DNA from: Toensbergia leucococca
Lineage: Eukaryota
Direction: 5' to 3'
DNA: 55,751 nt
Assembly: GCA_022813965.1 (NCBI GenBank)
Contig: JALDZS010000066.1
Coordinates: 62,001 to 117,751 of the forward strand
Position numbers and translations under genes: made by a program. The notes beneath the pieces were generated by a model. The model was not told where the DNA came from, searched no databases, and was given only the letters and a program-made list of their open reading frames with translations. Positions 1 to 11,655 of this stretch are shown piece after piece. Within the stretch, counting starts at the first letter, position 1. The number at the start of each line of letters is the position of its first letter.

Positions 1-12
1 AGAGTCAACAGT

Positions 13-1614
13 ATGCTACAACTGTTCAGTGTACGAGAACTACTCGTTTTCCCATCAGGTGAAAATGCGACCGATGTCCTCATCAATGGCATCCATTTCA
101 ACCGGACTGCTCTCGATTTCTTCAACTACACCCTGTATAGCAATGGTACCCTTTCAAATAGCTCTAATTGCTACCTCACATTTGATGTATACCAACCATC
201 GATGACTACGAATGGTACTTTCATCAACGGCACATCCTGTTACGATCCGTATTATGGAATCTCACAAAGAGGGAGTACGGGTATTGGCTTCGCATGCCTT
301 TTCACAGCAACCATTATGTTCACTCTTATTAATCTACGGAAGCATGGAAGGCTATTCCTACCAAGTGAGAAAAGATTCCGAGCCATTGGACGGCGATGGC
401 AATGGTACTGGATGTTGTTCGTAGCAGCTTGTGGAATGATCAGTGACATAACAGGTATTGATGTAGACCGGGACTATCTACAAAGTACCGCCATCGTCCT
501 GCAGAGCTTTTTCTACTACCTAATGATACCTGGGATCCTTGCCACTGTTTGGGAAGCAGTCAGACATTGGTACGTTGAAAATCCCTTTATACAATGCTAT
601 GTCACCTGAATACTCTGTAGGGGATCTTGGCAAGAGCGGCAAATATATGATTTAGACCCATTCTCTCTTCCCCAAAATGACAGGAGGGGTAAGAAGCAAT
701 TATATTTGCCTCTTGTGTTTTACCTATTTGCATGGCTGGTACGACTGTTCCCTTATTAAGTGAGTTGAGTGAACCGTTGATAAATGAAATAGTATTTTTT
801 CATGACAATACCTCGCACTTGGACCGATATCGAGTACCAGAGATCTTTACAGCAGCAAAACAGATTGGCAAAACCAGCCGCTACGGACAATCGGTTTAAG
901 GCAGCAGGGATCTTTGCTTTTCTAGCTTGGTGCACGATTTGTTACTCTCTCCAGCAGTCCATTCATCATTACAAGCCAAAAAATCGTGGTGCATTCAACA
1001 GTACAATCGGCCTTTTGCGTCACACCCCTACCAAGTTCATCATAGCAATACCTCTTTTACTGATTTCGGTTGGCTACGCCATTGCCAGCTCTTTCGTCTG
1101 GGATATCAGCCCGTTGAAGTATAACGTCATGGTTGGTTGGATGTACGGCCTTGGACAGGGTCCAATATTCCTGATCTTACTTGTTTTTGAAGTCTGGGGC
1201 TACATCGATCAGAATGAGGATCGTGTGCTTCTGGAGCAACGGGCAGAGCGTGGACGATCCATTGATACAGAACTTGGATTGGCAAAGAAGCCAGGCTGGT
1301 GGAGCAAGCTATCTGGAGGCCATCACCTCACTATGGAGCAAAGGCTCGCATCCATGACGGGCGAGATAGGTGGTGGCAGAGCGACGGGAAAGAATCTGGA
1401 AAGAACAATAGAACTGGGCAACATGCCAGCGGCACGCCCTCTGAGCGCCGAAGACAATCCCTTCGGTGATGATGCTTCAAGTGCCGAATCAGATAGGAGA
1501 CTAGTACTTTCCATGACTGATAGCGATGAACAATCCGGACGGGCTATGAGCGAAAGGACGATGAGCACAGTAGCTTCGAGACCACAGGAGATTAGGAGCA
1601 TGTTGGACATATAA
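13..1614 (+). CDS. DUF2434-family fungal multi-pass membrane protein (3 exons)
   Basis: Exons 13-569, 621-738, 793-1614. Introns 570-620 (GTACGT..TAG) and 739-792 (GTACGA..TAG) splice in frame and give VRHWGSWQERQ. N-terminus has many N-glycosylation sequons (NYTLYSNGTLSNSSNC, NGTSCY), followed by KHGRLFLPSEKRFRAIGRRWQWYW and several hydrophobic helices. Confidence 0.8.
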
Positions 1615-2520
1615 ACGTGGGAAATATTGTGCAAGGCTCAGGCGTTGAGAAGGCTATTGGATTCAGGAGATCATCACGTAGAAAACGACGGCATGGTATG
1701 GCGCAAAATGTGTGATGAAGGAGATATTTACGTCCAGCGTTCATGGTCGTGGCCATGTATCTATTTAGTGGTCTGGCATTTGTATCTGAATCGAGCTCAA
1801 CGGATCTTTTACTCCAGATTGTGGAGATACGAGAGTACCATGATTGAGCTTTTCGATTGATTGAGATTTGGCATGGCCCATTTGTTGCTCATACCTCTCC
1901 TACATGGTTGATGCTAAGATTTAGGGTTATCAGCTCATCACTCAATAGGTAGAGTAAACACCCCTTTTTGATGCATTGACACACCGGGGCGCAATATCGC
2001 CGCATTCCTTCCCCAACACACCACCTTATTCTCAGCATCCTCTACGACCACCTATTCTACCTCATCATCATCATCCACCCATTACTGCCCTGCTTGGTGT
2101 GAAGTATGTTCACTCAACAAGTGAAGGCTCTCATCGTTTCAAAGAGGGTGGTTGCAGGACCTAGAGTAGCCTAAGGAGGTGCAGCTTCGTGTGGATCTGG
2201 AAGACGAAGCAGTCTGAAGTATCAGTTGTAGCAATTCAAGAGCGAGCCTCCAAGGCACCTGATCCATTCATCTCTTCCAGGGCAGGCACGCGGCGAAAGT
2301 CTAAGTCATAACTTCTGCTACGCTTGCTCAATCTCTTCTACTTCCGCTCTTCGGCTCTGTTGCTATGCACAACTTTTGAAATGCAAGCATGCATGCTATT
2401 TCGATTACTATTCGATCTATCTACAGCAAATCAAAAGCGTATAAATCAAATGTGCTAACATCAAGATCAGAGATCTACTAATGTGCAAGCTCTATTTAGT
2501 CCCTTGGTGTAGCACCTCGC

Positions 2521-4062
2521 TTAGTAGGAGAACAACCCTCCCATTCTACCATAACCATCTGACAAAGCTGTTGCAATTTCCCTCTTTATCATTCTCTCGA
2601 TTACCGTCTGCTGTGCATGGAACAGCGGACACGGCTTTAGATTATACTCCGTAAGTCTCCAGTAATTCGCCATGGCCTTCTCTTTCGCTTCCATGAAGCG
2701 TGCCGATACAATCATTACCATCGGTGGACTGATTTTATCAGTCTCGTTGGGGTCGAGTTGGAGGAGCTGTGCAAGATTGCTCAGAGCGTCTTGCTGAGCT
2801 GATTCGATCAATGGGCTTATTACAATACTTGCACATGGGCACGGGAAGTATGTATGGCCCTCGTCAGTCCCTTCTGCAGGAAGAGATGTATCTTCGATGA
2901 CCGAGGCCTTGCCGGGTAGATCTTGAATTTTCTTCTCTTGAGGCAAAGTAACACCACCGTTGTCATATGCTTCTTCGGATACATATTGATAGGTCTCCGC
3001 TTTGGCGAAAGTAGCACTGTCAGCCTCATTCGTTGCTCGGGACGCATCTTGGTCTTTCTTCTCTTTAGACAGTGTGATGCTTTCAACCTCGTTTGTTGCT
3101 TCGAATGCATCATCTGACTCGACCGCTCTTTGACACTCTTCTGTTCCTTCGGATGTGGTAGCCCATTCGGATGATCCGTCACACTCATATCCTGCTTCGG
3201 AAGTACCTACCGAGTCGGACCCAGGCGCTTCGTCCTTCCCTTGAAGATAATCGAAAACGATCTTCTCTTTCCCTTTAACATTTTTCCTAGACGTTCTGAG
3301 TGCGCTATGTCTAAGACCCTCAAAAATTCGCCCATTCTGCCGCCCAGCAATCTCTCCAAACGCCTCTAGTGCGGCTTGACTAAGATGCTCTTGCACCAGG
3401 TTGCTCATCCATTGCTCCATACGACAGTCACAATTTCTGGTATCAAATCTACCATTGCGTATGAGCTTCTTTCCCGTTATCATCATAATCTGTACGACGG
3501 CGTCCCGTTCCGCTCTCCGGAGGTTCTTCAGTATCAGTCTCCTCTTCCACTCGAGTATCGAAGGCCTTTCCGGACTAGCGATAGGCGCACTAGTCTCCTC
3601 TAATATTGCAGAGTACATCATGGCCGCGTTCTTGACCGTCACGGCCATTTTCCGGATTCCGTTCATGATACACGAGCATGCGTAGAGCTCGGGACGCCAT
3701 GGACTGTCTTTTGCGGCAGGGCTGAAGAGTTCAAACAAGTGGTCTAGATTCCAACCGTCTTCCTCACTGCTGACATCTTCGACAGTGGCTTGATAGGGCC
3801 TGGGTTCTGACTCGTAATCTGCATTTTCGCTCTTCTCTTTGTCGTTTATATCTTCCGCACAGCCTTCGGCGTCTTGAGTACCCGAAAGACCGTCTGTATC
3901 TCCGTCCCCTCCATCACTCATCCTCCCGACGCCTGTCGAAATTTGTGTGGGTACCTTCTCATTCTCCACGCTTTCTGCAGAGCAAAACTTAAAGTTACAA
4001 AAGAGCGCGATTGACGGCGTAAGAGTCTGACTCTGATCCGAAGCTTCGGCCACTTTTGGCAT
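2521..4062 (-). CDS. Hypothetical acidic 513-aa protein, intronless, with four 21-aa repeats
   Basis: 1542-nt ATG-initiated open frame, too long to be chance. No family recognised. Confidence 0.7.
   Translation of the reverse strand: MPKVAEASDQSQTLTPSIALFCNFKFCSAESVENEKVPTQISTGVGRMSDGGDGDTDGLSGTQDAEGCAEDINDKEKSENADYESEPRPYQATVEDVSSEEDGWNLDHLFELFSPAAKDSPWRPELYACSCIMNGIRKMAVTVKNAAMMYSAILEETSAPIASPERPSILEWKRRLILKNLRRAERDAVVQIMMITGKKLIRNGRFDTRNCDCRMEQWMSNLVQEHLSQAALEAFGEIAGRQNGRIFEGLRHSALRTSRKNVKGKEKIVFDYLQGKDEAPGSDSVGTSEAGYECDGSSEWATTSEGTEECQRAVESDDAFEATNEVESITLSKEKKDQDASRATNEADSATFAKAETYQYVSEEAYDNGGVTLPQEKKIQDLPGKASVIEDTSLPAEGTDEGHTYFPCPCASIVISPLIESAQQDALSNLAQLLQLDPNETDKISPPMVMIVSARFMEAKEKAMANYWRLTEYNLKPCPLFHAQQTVIERMIKREIATALSDGYGRMGGLFSY
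2860..3111 (-). repeat. Four degenerate 63-bp (21-aa) coding tandem repeats
   Basis: DAFEATNEVESITLSKEKKDQ / DASRATNEADSATFAKAETYQ / YVSEEAYDNGGVTLPQEKKIQ / DLPGKASVIEDTSLPAEGTDE, with an exact 21-codon period. Confidence 0.7.
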
Positions 4063-5223
4063 GTTATTGTGGAATACAGCTGCGATTGTTGATGAGTTTT
4101 GACTTCTAGGTTTTCCGTGCGTCGTTCACTGATTGTGGTGTGTTGCTTTGTTTGTTGCTGTGCAGAGTGTTTTTCCGTTTGCTTGCTTGCTGGAAGTGAG
4201 TACTGCTTGACGTTCTTATTGTTGTTGTATGCGGAATCTGATTGTTTCTTTATTTGAAGAATGCTTTTTGGGTGCGGGGAGATACTTATATGCTATCTGA
4301 GAGACAGCGTGGTCAAAAGTGAATCCACAAAGATTTGCTGACCGTGGATCTAGGGCCAATTCAATAAACATTCAATGATAAACATGCCCTTGTGATGGAG
4401 ATTCTTGTGCATTGATTCGCTGAAAACATATGGAATTGACTGCTATTAGATCGTGAGCGGTATCTGTCCTTCACTTAACAGAGATGACTCAATACACAAT
4501 CCCATATCAAAAACTTCCACGCGCAAAGCTTCCTATCAGAGATACAGAAAGAGAGTAAAAGCAAATTTGTTGTGTGTGAGTCACTAAGATTCAATACTCA
4601 GTCAACTGTCTGTGAATTTCACCACGTTTGTAGCATAAGGGGAAACTCTTTTCACTAATACTTGAATAGTTGCATGGGAGGTGAAGAACTCAGTCACAAC
4701 ATATGAACCTACCCTCGTCTGCATTGATGCGCAGATATTTTTGAGCATGGGATCAGGTCTAAAGATTAGTGAATTCTGGAACAAGACTCGGGATGTATAG
4801 TAGAATGACATTCGCACCAGATGTTGAATTGCGCGTGGTGAGAACAGTGAGTTCAAGCTGCAGAGGCAGTGCAATGCATCTTACATTAAAGGACAGCGAG
4901 CTAGAGAGCAAGAATCAGAGATACGAGAATGGCCGTAGATTGCAGTTGGAGAAATGGGAGGCATTCTGTTTCAGTAAGGTAGGCTTGCCCTCATTGAAAA
5001 CAAAGATTGTTTAGGGCAGGAAAAAACGCCATCAGCAGTTAATCTATCCGTATCGGATGGCGCAACCCCGGCGTTTGCTAAAACCCGGAGAGCCCTATGC
5101 ACGGACTACCTGCGGAGGCCGGAAGTAAGCCGAGCCGGCCTAAGTGCACGGTTGCAGAAACAAATTACCGACAGGCACTCATAAGCTGGAGGCACGCTCC
5201 ACCGTTACCCGCAGCGAAGACAC

Positions 5224-5250
5224 CCTCAGAGCCTCAGAGCCTCAGAGCCT
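5224..5250 (+). repeat. (CCTCAGAG)x3 just upstream of the OSH3 ATG
   Basis: cctcagag cctcagag cctcagag cct read directly. Confidence 0.9.
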
Positions 5251-5264
5251 ATTGAGCGTCCATC

Positions 5265-8200
5265 ATGGCGGGAATGGAGCAGTTGGAGATTCACAGCAAG
5301 GTACGCAAGCTGTGCACCTGTGACATTGTCATCTTTCCTAATCCTACTTCTCTTGAAAAGTCCTATCTGGTCCGCCATGTGAAGGCCCCAGCTGAATATA
5401 CCATCTCATGGAGTATTCAACCCCACAAGAAATCCATAAATTTGGGCGTCTTCAAAATTCCAAATTCAGCCGGTGCACCAACGCCAAAGCTTCCGTCTTC
5501 CACCTTTGAACCCCCACTCACTCCCGGCTTACGTCCTACCGATCCAATGCAAGAGACCTCTTCGTCACGGAGCGCATCTTCTCAGGCTACTGAAAAGCTG
5601 AAAAGTCTAGGACTCAAGCTTGTTCTATGGCATGGCACTTGTGAGCCAAACAAAATAACCATGGGCAAGTACAATGTACCGAAGGGCGAAGGGGGACAGT
5701 ATGCTTTGGTATTCGACAACACTTTTGCGAAGCAGTTCTCGAAGACGGTCACTTTGGTTCTCCTGACATATCCAACAAGCTCTCCCCCAGAGTCAAATCA
5801 TCACATGCACCACATCCAAGGCTCTTCCAACGGAAGTACCAAGGTCAGATCCAGTCCAAGACTAATGCCTCAACAGCGCACCTCATCCGATTCATTCTCT
5901 CAAAGCAATTCACTCTCAATAGAGCCCTTGTCTCGTGGCGATTCTCGAAAATCACAGCCAGAGGAAAGCGGAAGCAGTCTTGGATCTAATTTCTATACTG
6001 GAATATTACAGAAACAGCGTCGGAAGCGGCATCAAGGATATGCTAGGAGGTTCTTCTCGCTCGACTTTACATCATCCACGCTATCTTATTACCACGATCG
6101 AAATACCTCGGCTTTACGAGGAGCTATCCCTCTATCTTTGGCAGCTGTCGGAGCCAATGCTGTCACCCGCCAAATATCCATTGACTCAGGAGCCGAAATC
6201 TGGCATTTGAGAGCCAATAATCAGAAAGATTTCGAAGTATGGAAGAATGCAATACAAGTAGCTTCGCGGACAGCCACGAGTCCAGCGTCGCCTGTCTCGG
6301 CTTTTCGGACAGACTTGAATGGTGGACGGCAAATTACGACACGGCCAAATATCGAGGAAGAACAGGATTGGAGCAAGCTAGAAGCCCTGAACAGCAGAAT
6401 TGCGAGTTCCCGAGATGTAGCGCGGTATTTGGCTAAGGACACAGATCCTAAGTATCTCTTCGTGAATACTTCGACAGTGACTAGCGAAGGCTCTAGCCCG
6501 CCACATGGTACTAGTATTTCTAGTGTTGAGGGAAGCCCGACAGATCCACCTAATAACGGAGACTTCCCAGACGTTGAGCGTCGCCCATTCTGGAAGCGTA
6601 AGCCTAGTTCTGAAAGGAGAGCACCAGGAACATTCAGACGAAGCATATCCGTGCAGCCTGTTATGAATAGTATCAAATGTATACCACCTACTCCAAGTCG
6701 GACTTTTTCTTCCGGTTCGGAACTTCAGCCTATGCAATCTCACCCTGAAGAGACTCTGCATGAAAAATGCATGGTCTTGCTCCGAAATCTCGACTCCGTC
6801 GTATCAGATTTTTCTGCCCTTATTGCCGAGAGTAAACGACGACGTATACCGGTACCGGTCTCTACTGCGTCTCGATTGAGCATGGACTCGCAAAGATCTG
6901 AAGAATTCTTTGATGCTGAATGGGGAGAGGGCTCACAGTTACTGGCATTACATCCAGAAAGCGACGAAGGCGAGACGGTCGAACATGACCTACCCCAAGA
7001 TGAAGACGATTCAGCATCTACTAGTGATATTGAAGGCCCAGACGATATATCTAGGAGGGTGACTCATACTGAGGCAGCGACGTCGGCTTTTCCTTCGAAG
7101 CCCAAATCTCTAGCGCCTTTGCCGCTGGAATTGGTCGATAGAAGAATCATTGTTCCTTCTCCAACGGTCAATCCTCCGAGTCTGATTGGCTTTCTTCGCA
7201 AAAACGTCGGTAAAGATCTTTCCACTATTTCAATGCCAGTATCAGCGAATGAACCTCTTTCACTCCTGCAACGCGTCTCTGAGCAGCTCGAGTATTCCAC
7301 TCTCCTTGACGATGCTCGAACACTCTCTGGATCTAGTATTGAACGATTACTATTTGTCTCTGCCTTTGCGATCTCGGCTCTTTCGGCCGGACGCATCAAG
7401 GAGCGAGCAATTAGAAAGCCGTTCAACCCGATGCTCGGTGAGAGTTTCGAGCTCGTTCGTGAAGACAGAGGGTTCCGCTTCATCTCAGAGAAAGTATCCC
7501 ATCATCCAGTGCGCTTAGCATGTCAAGCCGAATCCAATCACTGGACTCTCACTCAATCGCCTACACCCACACAGAAATTTTGGGGCAAGTCCGTTGAGCT
7601 GATCACAGAGGGCCGAATCCGACTTATACTGCATGGCACTGGAGACCGCTTCAGCTGGACCCCAGCAACAAGCTTCCTCCGCAACATCATCGCTGGTGAA
7701 AAATACATTGAGCCCGTCAACACCATGACTATCATCAACGAAGCCACGGGCGAACAAGCTATTGCAACATTCAAATCGAAAGGCATGTTCTCCGGCCGCA
7801 GCGAAGACGTCACTGTCCAGGTCTTCGCGTCAAACGGCGAAGAACTACCCATCGGCCTTGTCGGCAAATGGACCTCCTCCCTCACCATCACCGAAAACGG
7901 CAACCCGAGACCAGATCCCCTCTGGGCCGTCGCGGACCTCGTTCCCGACGTACAGAAACACTACGGCTTCACTCATTTTGCTGCCTCCCTCAATGAAATC
8001 ACCGCCATCGAAAAGGGGAAACTGCCGCCTACGGATAGCAGGCTCAGACCTGACCAGCGCGCTGCTGAGGAGGGCGAGTTTGAGCAGGCGGAGGTCTTGA
8101 AGGGGAGGTTAGAGGAAGAGCAGCGGAGGAGGAGGAGGGGCATGCAGGAGGAAGGGGCGGAGTGGGTGCCTAGGTGGTTTCGGAGGGTGGAGGTCGGGGA

Positions 8201-8300
8201 TGGTGAGGAGATGTGGGGATTGAAGGGGGGCGGGGAAGGGTATTGGGAGGAGAGGGCTAAGGGGGAGTGGAGAGGCGTGGAGCGCGTTTTTGAGGCTTGA
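5265..8300 (+). CDS. OSH3: Oxysterol-binding protein, Osh3 type (GOLD + PH + ORD)
   Basis: Start MAGMEQLEIHSK, GOLD-like YALVFDNTFAK, PH domain (GILQKQRRKRHQGYARRFFSL), ORD signatures DLSTISMPVSANEP, KPFNPMLGE, EKVSHHP and PPTDSRLRPD. One intron, 5301-5360 (GTACGC..AAG). Confidence 0.93.
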   Translation: MAGMEQLEIHSKVRKLCTCDIVIFPNPTSLEKSYLVRHVKAPAEYTISWSIQPHKKSINLGVFKIPNSAGAPTPKLPSSTFEPPLTPGLRPTDPMQETSSSRSASSQATEKLKSLGLKLVLWHGTCEPNKITMGKYNVPKGEGGQYALVFDNTFAKQFSKTVTLVLLTYPTSSPPESNHHMHHIQGSSNGSTKVRSSPRLMPQQRTSSDSFSQSNSLSIEPLSRGDSRKSQPEESGSSLGSNFYTGILQKQRRKRHQGYARRFFSLDFTSSTLSYYHDRNTSALRGAIPLSLAAVGANAVTRQISIDSGAEIWHLRANNQKDFEVWKNAIQVASRTATSPASPVSAFRTDLNGGRQITTRPNIEEEQDWSKLEALNSRIASSRDVARYLAKDTDPKYLFVNTSTVTSEGSSPPHGTSISSVEGSPTDPPNNGDFPDVERRPFWKRKPSSERRAPGTFRRSISVQPVMNSIKCIPPTPSRTFSSGSELQPMQSHPEETLHEKCMVLLRNLDSVVSDFSALIAESKRRRIPVPVSTASRLSMDSQRSEEFFDAEWGEGSQLLALHPESDEGETVEHDLPQDEDDSASTSDIEGPDDISRRVTHTEAATSAFPSKPKSLAPLPLELVDRRIIVPSPTVNPPSLIGFLRKNVGKDLSTISMPVSANEPLSLLQRVSEQLEYSTLLDDARTLSGSSIERLLFVSAFAISALSAGRIKERAIRKPFNPMLGESFELVREDRGFRFISEKVSHHPVRLACQAESNHWTLTQSPTPTQKFWGKSVELITEGRIRLILHGTGDRFSWTPATSFLRNIIAGEKYIEPVNTMTIINEATGEQAIATFKSKGMFSGRSEDVTVQVFASNGEELPIGLVGKWTSSLTITENGNPRPDPLWAVADLVPDVQKHYGFTHFAASLNEITAIEKGKLPPTDSRLRPDQRAAEEGEFEQAEVLKGRLEEEQRRRRRGMQEEGAEWVPRWFRRVEVGDGEEMWGLKGGGEGYWEERAKGEWRGVERVFEA

Positions 8301-8857
8301 GAGGGAGTGAAAGCGTTTATATTCGCAGCGTTGTTCAATGCGGTGCATGTGTAATGAGGTGACGAGATACCCCCCCCCCCCGGGCCCCCTGGAAAAAAAA
8401 GAAATCTGTTGAATAAGATTTCAAACACGACTTTGGTAGTCGCATGGAGATGAGTTACATGTATGTAAACCTGCCATCCATCCCATTTCCATCAGCAAAG
8501 ATGCTGCAATGCAAAATATGACCCCACGCCAACCAAACGCCGACTTTGTGCAAGAGTAAAACCGCCACCGCTGTGAAAACCCGGCCCCTTTTTTTTTTCA
8601 AAAAAAAGACAAACCGCTCCGTGGGGTGAACATGGATGGGTTCGCGCAGATGTGGAGACAGAACATGAATTGTGTGAAGGGAAAGCGTGCTTTGAAAAGA
8701 TGGAAAGGGATCAATCTATAAATATGGGGGAAACGAAAATACTGCCGGGGGTGTGTGCTTTTTGTCTTGAATCCAAATTAATAAACGGGGTGAAAGACCC
8801 CAGGAGAAATTTACATTGCCCAAATTGGTAGCCCGTCCGCCCGCGGAGGCCGTTCTT

Positions 8858-10416
8858 CTAAAAGCCCTGAGAATCCCTCTCAGCCTTCTTCCGCCCATTC
8901 GTAATCATAATCGGCAAGCTCTGGAACACCACCTCATTGCGCTCATAATGCGTCACAAAGCCGCCCTGCAGCACTCGCCGCAAGCCCTGCAGCCGATGCA
9001 GCTTCCACCACTTGTCGATGCGCATGACACCGTCGCCATGAATGCGCACGACCATACGGCTGCCGTATGTCTGGCCTGTTTCGGCGTTGAGGGCGGTCTG
9101 GTAGCGCGGGCCGTGGGTGGGGTTTTCGATGCTGTTGAGGATGTCGGCGAAAGTAGTGCGAAGGGCTTTTTGATCTTTTTTGGAGAGGCGGTGCGTGCTT
9201 AGGGAGGCGAGGGCGGAGAGGCTTTGGGTGAGTTGGTCTGTGCGGCGGTAGGCGGTGTAGCGCTGGATGAGGCTTGGGACGCCGTGTTTTTCTTCAGGGT
9301 CGGAGATGATGTCAAAGGAGGAATAGTCGGCTTGGCTGTCTTCTTCGGATAGAGGCGAGTAGGACTTCTCGTACAGGAGGGCGATGGTCTCGCCAGCGGC
9401 GATTTGGACTGAGGGATCGCTGCTCGAGAGCTGGTCGGCGAAGACGGAAACTGGCTCTTCCGAGTCTTGGGAGAGGTCCGTGACGAGGGTGGAGAGGAAA
9501 CCCCATTCTTGGATGGCGGCGGTTACCGGCTCGGCTTCGTCAGGGGCGTCGATGTAGTGTCCGTCCGAGGAGATGATTTCGAGGAGGTAGGTCATGTTTT
9601 CCAAGATGTCATCTTCCGATGCGCCGCCGAAGAAGGTGCATGTGCCGAGAGCATGGATTGCCGCTGCTTTGGTCGGTATGGAGCTGGAGTCGGAGATTGT
9701 ACGCTTAAGAGGAGCGGACGCCGCGTCGAAGATCAGGTCAGACGGAGAAGTGATAATAGTCATAGCGAGAGCTTCAGTCGGACAGTGAGAAATTGATTCA
9801 GGATTAGGAGCATGTATGCAGGCTCACCTTTGATTGCAAGAGTTGTCTCCTTTTCGCTCGACTCGGCCTTGATGCTCTTCAAGAATGCCGCCACGAGTTC
9901 ACCTTCCTTACCAACGATTTCTTCGGCAGCATACTGAGCAGTCAATACCCGAACATATGCAGCCAAGGTTGTTTCTCGCCCTTGGACGCTGCTGCGCTTT
10001 CGATCTAAAATTTCCTCGACTCGATCTGCGAGCTCTGACGCCCACACGCTTGATGGTTGTTCTGGGCCATCAGGAACGATGATCTCGTCGATGGAGTTGA
10101 CGCTGCAATAGAGATTAGTCCTGATCTAGGGTCTCATAAGAGCCGATTCTCGGCAGCAGCGAGGCTTATGGCTTGAAGCTGCTGCAGATGAAGGATTGGC
10201 GAAGTGAGCAGGGGCACACCTGAATGAAGTCTCGTCGCTAAGATTCCCTTCCTCTTCTTCGTCTGACGTGCCTCTGCTTGTGTTCCTACTAGCGGAGCGA
10301 GACGGAGGGGCGGAGTTAGGTCTAGAGCTGGCGGGGGATGACTGCTGCGACTTGGCTTTAGCCTTGCGCGAAACAGTCTTGCCGCTCTCAAGAGCTTGAC
10401 GACGCAAGTCGTGCAT
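8858..10416 (-). CDS. IFRD (interferon-related developmental regulator) domain protein, 3 exons
   Basis: Start MHDLRRQALESGKT at 10416. Introns 10219-10103 and 9827-9772 join frames (ETSFSVNSIDEI; AIKALAMTII). IFRD-like motifs QIAAGETIALLYEK, LSKKDQKALRTTFADIL and IDKWWKLHRLQGLRRVLQGGF. Confidence 0.85.
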
Positions 10417-11655
10417 ATTCAAGGAAAGAGTAGTCTTTGTTTTGCAAAGATGGCAATAGATGCGATATGTAGATATGTTTGTTTGATTGTGGGTTATTGC
10501 AAAGGTAACGAAGCTCGGAAGAAAGATGGAGGGAAGCAAAGTCTGCGGAGTTCCATGAGTTGATTTGAAAAACAGTGAATGGGGAATTGGGCAATAGAGA
10601 GTGAATTAAACATGAATAAGACTCAAGTTAGATATTGTGCGCTCAAGCAGGTGTAGTTCGGTGCTTGGGCATGGATAAGCTTCAGGTAGCGAATAGCAAA
10701 GCCCCAAGCCCGCCTCACCAAGTCATTACGCCCGAGGCCCGATTGACTCATCACTTGTATACCTTATTACTCCCAGCCATTACGATAATAGTACTACCTT
10801 ACGTAGGTAGACTTATGTGATCGCCGCCAGTTGCACGCTCGGCAATGGATCAATGTTCTTTATGAGTCTCTAATGAAATTTATCTAGAACATCGCACATA
10901 AAGCCATGTTCGAGGCTGCGGCGGCGGCGACTGGTGTCACAGATATCAACCCCTTATCCTTTAGGTGTCACAACCAATACGAATACGAGTACTATGATCC
11001 AATCTCTGAAGTGATATGTACTCTTGACACTCTGGTCAATGCCGTGGCTACTTATGTTCCTGCCGACGTGATATCATTTACATTCACTAGAGTATCCGCT
11101 TTTCCGTGCGTCGCATGACATGTCGTAACGCGACCTCGTGCTATTGAAAGGTTAGAGGTTGAGATTGAGAACGAATGAGGGACAAGAGTTCATGTTCAGC
11201 ACCTAGAATTCGGCAAGGTACATTACCTTGAAAGAGGACCAACGCTCAGCTCGAATGCCAAAGCGCGCTTTTCTTTCACGACTCATATGCCGGCAATTAA
11301 TCCATTGTAGGCGAAATCGTGACATGTCTCAGGGGATCAGGGGTAAAGAAGTCTTATTTAAAATTAAGTAATCCAGGCGCAAGCTATGACTAGAAAACAT
11401 CGCAATCCTCCGTAAATCGTGAAATATGAATAGATTAAACGCCCTAGATATGCTCCTGATATGCAACTTGATCGGAAACCGAGGACATTGTGGGGTATAC
11501 AGTAGACATAGGCTGTGCAAGAAAAGGGACGTGTGCTTGCAGTCCGTGCAGAAAAGACGGAACATCCATGAAGCACCAGTAGCAGGGTCTGCTGAACCAC
11601 GCAGACGATTTTTAGATAGAACATAGTCCCCGAGCTCAAGGACTTCGGTAGTCAG

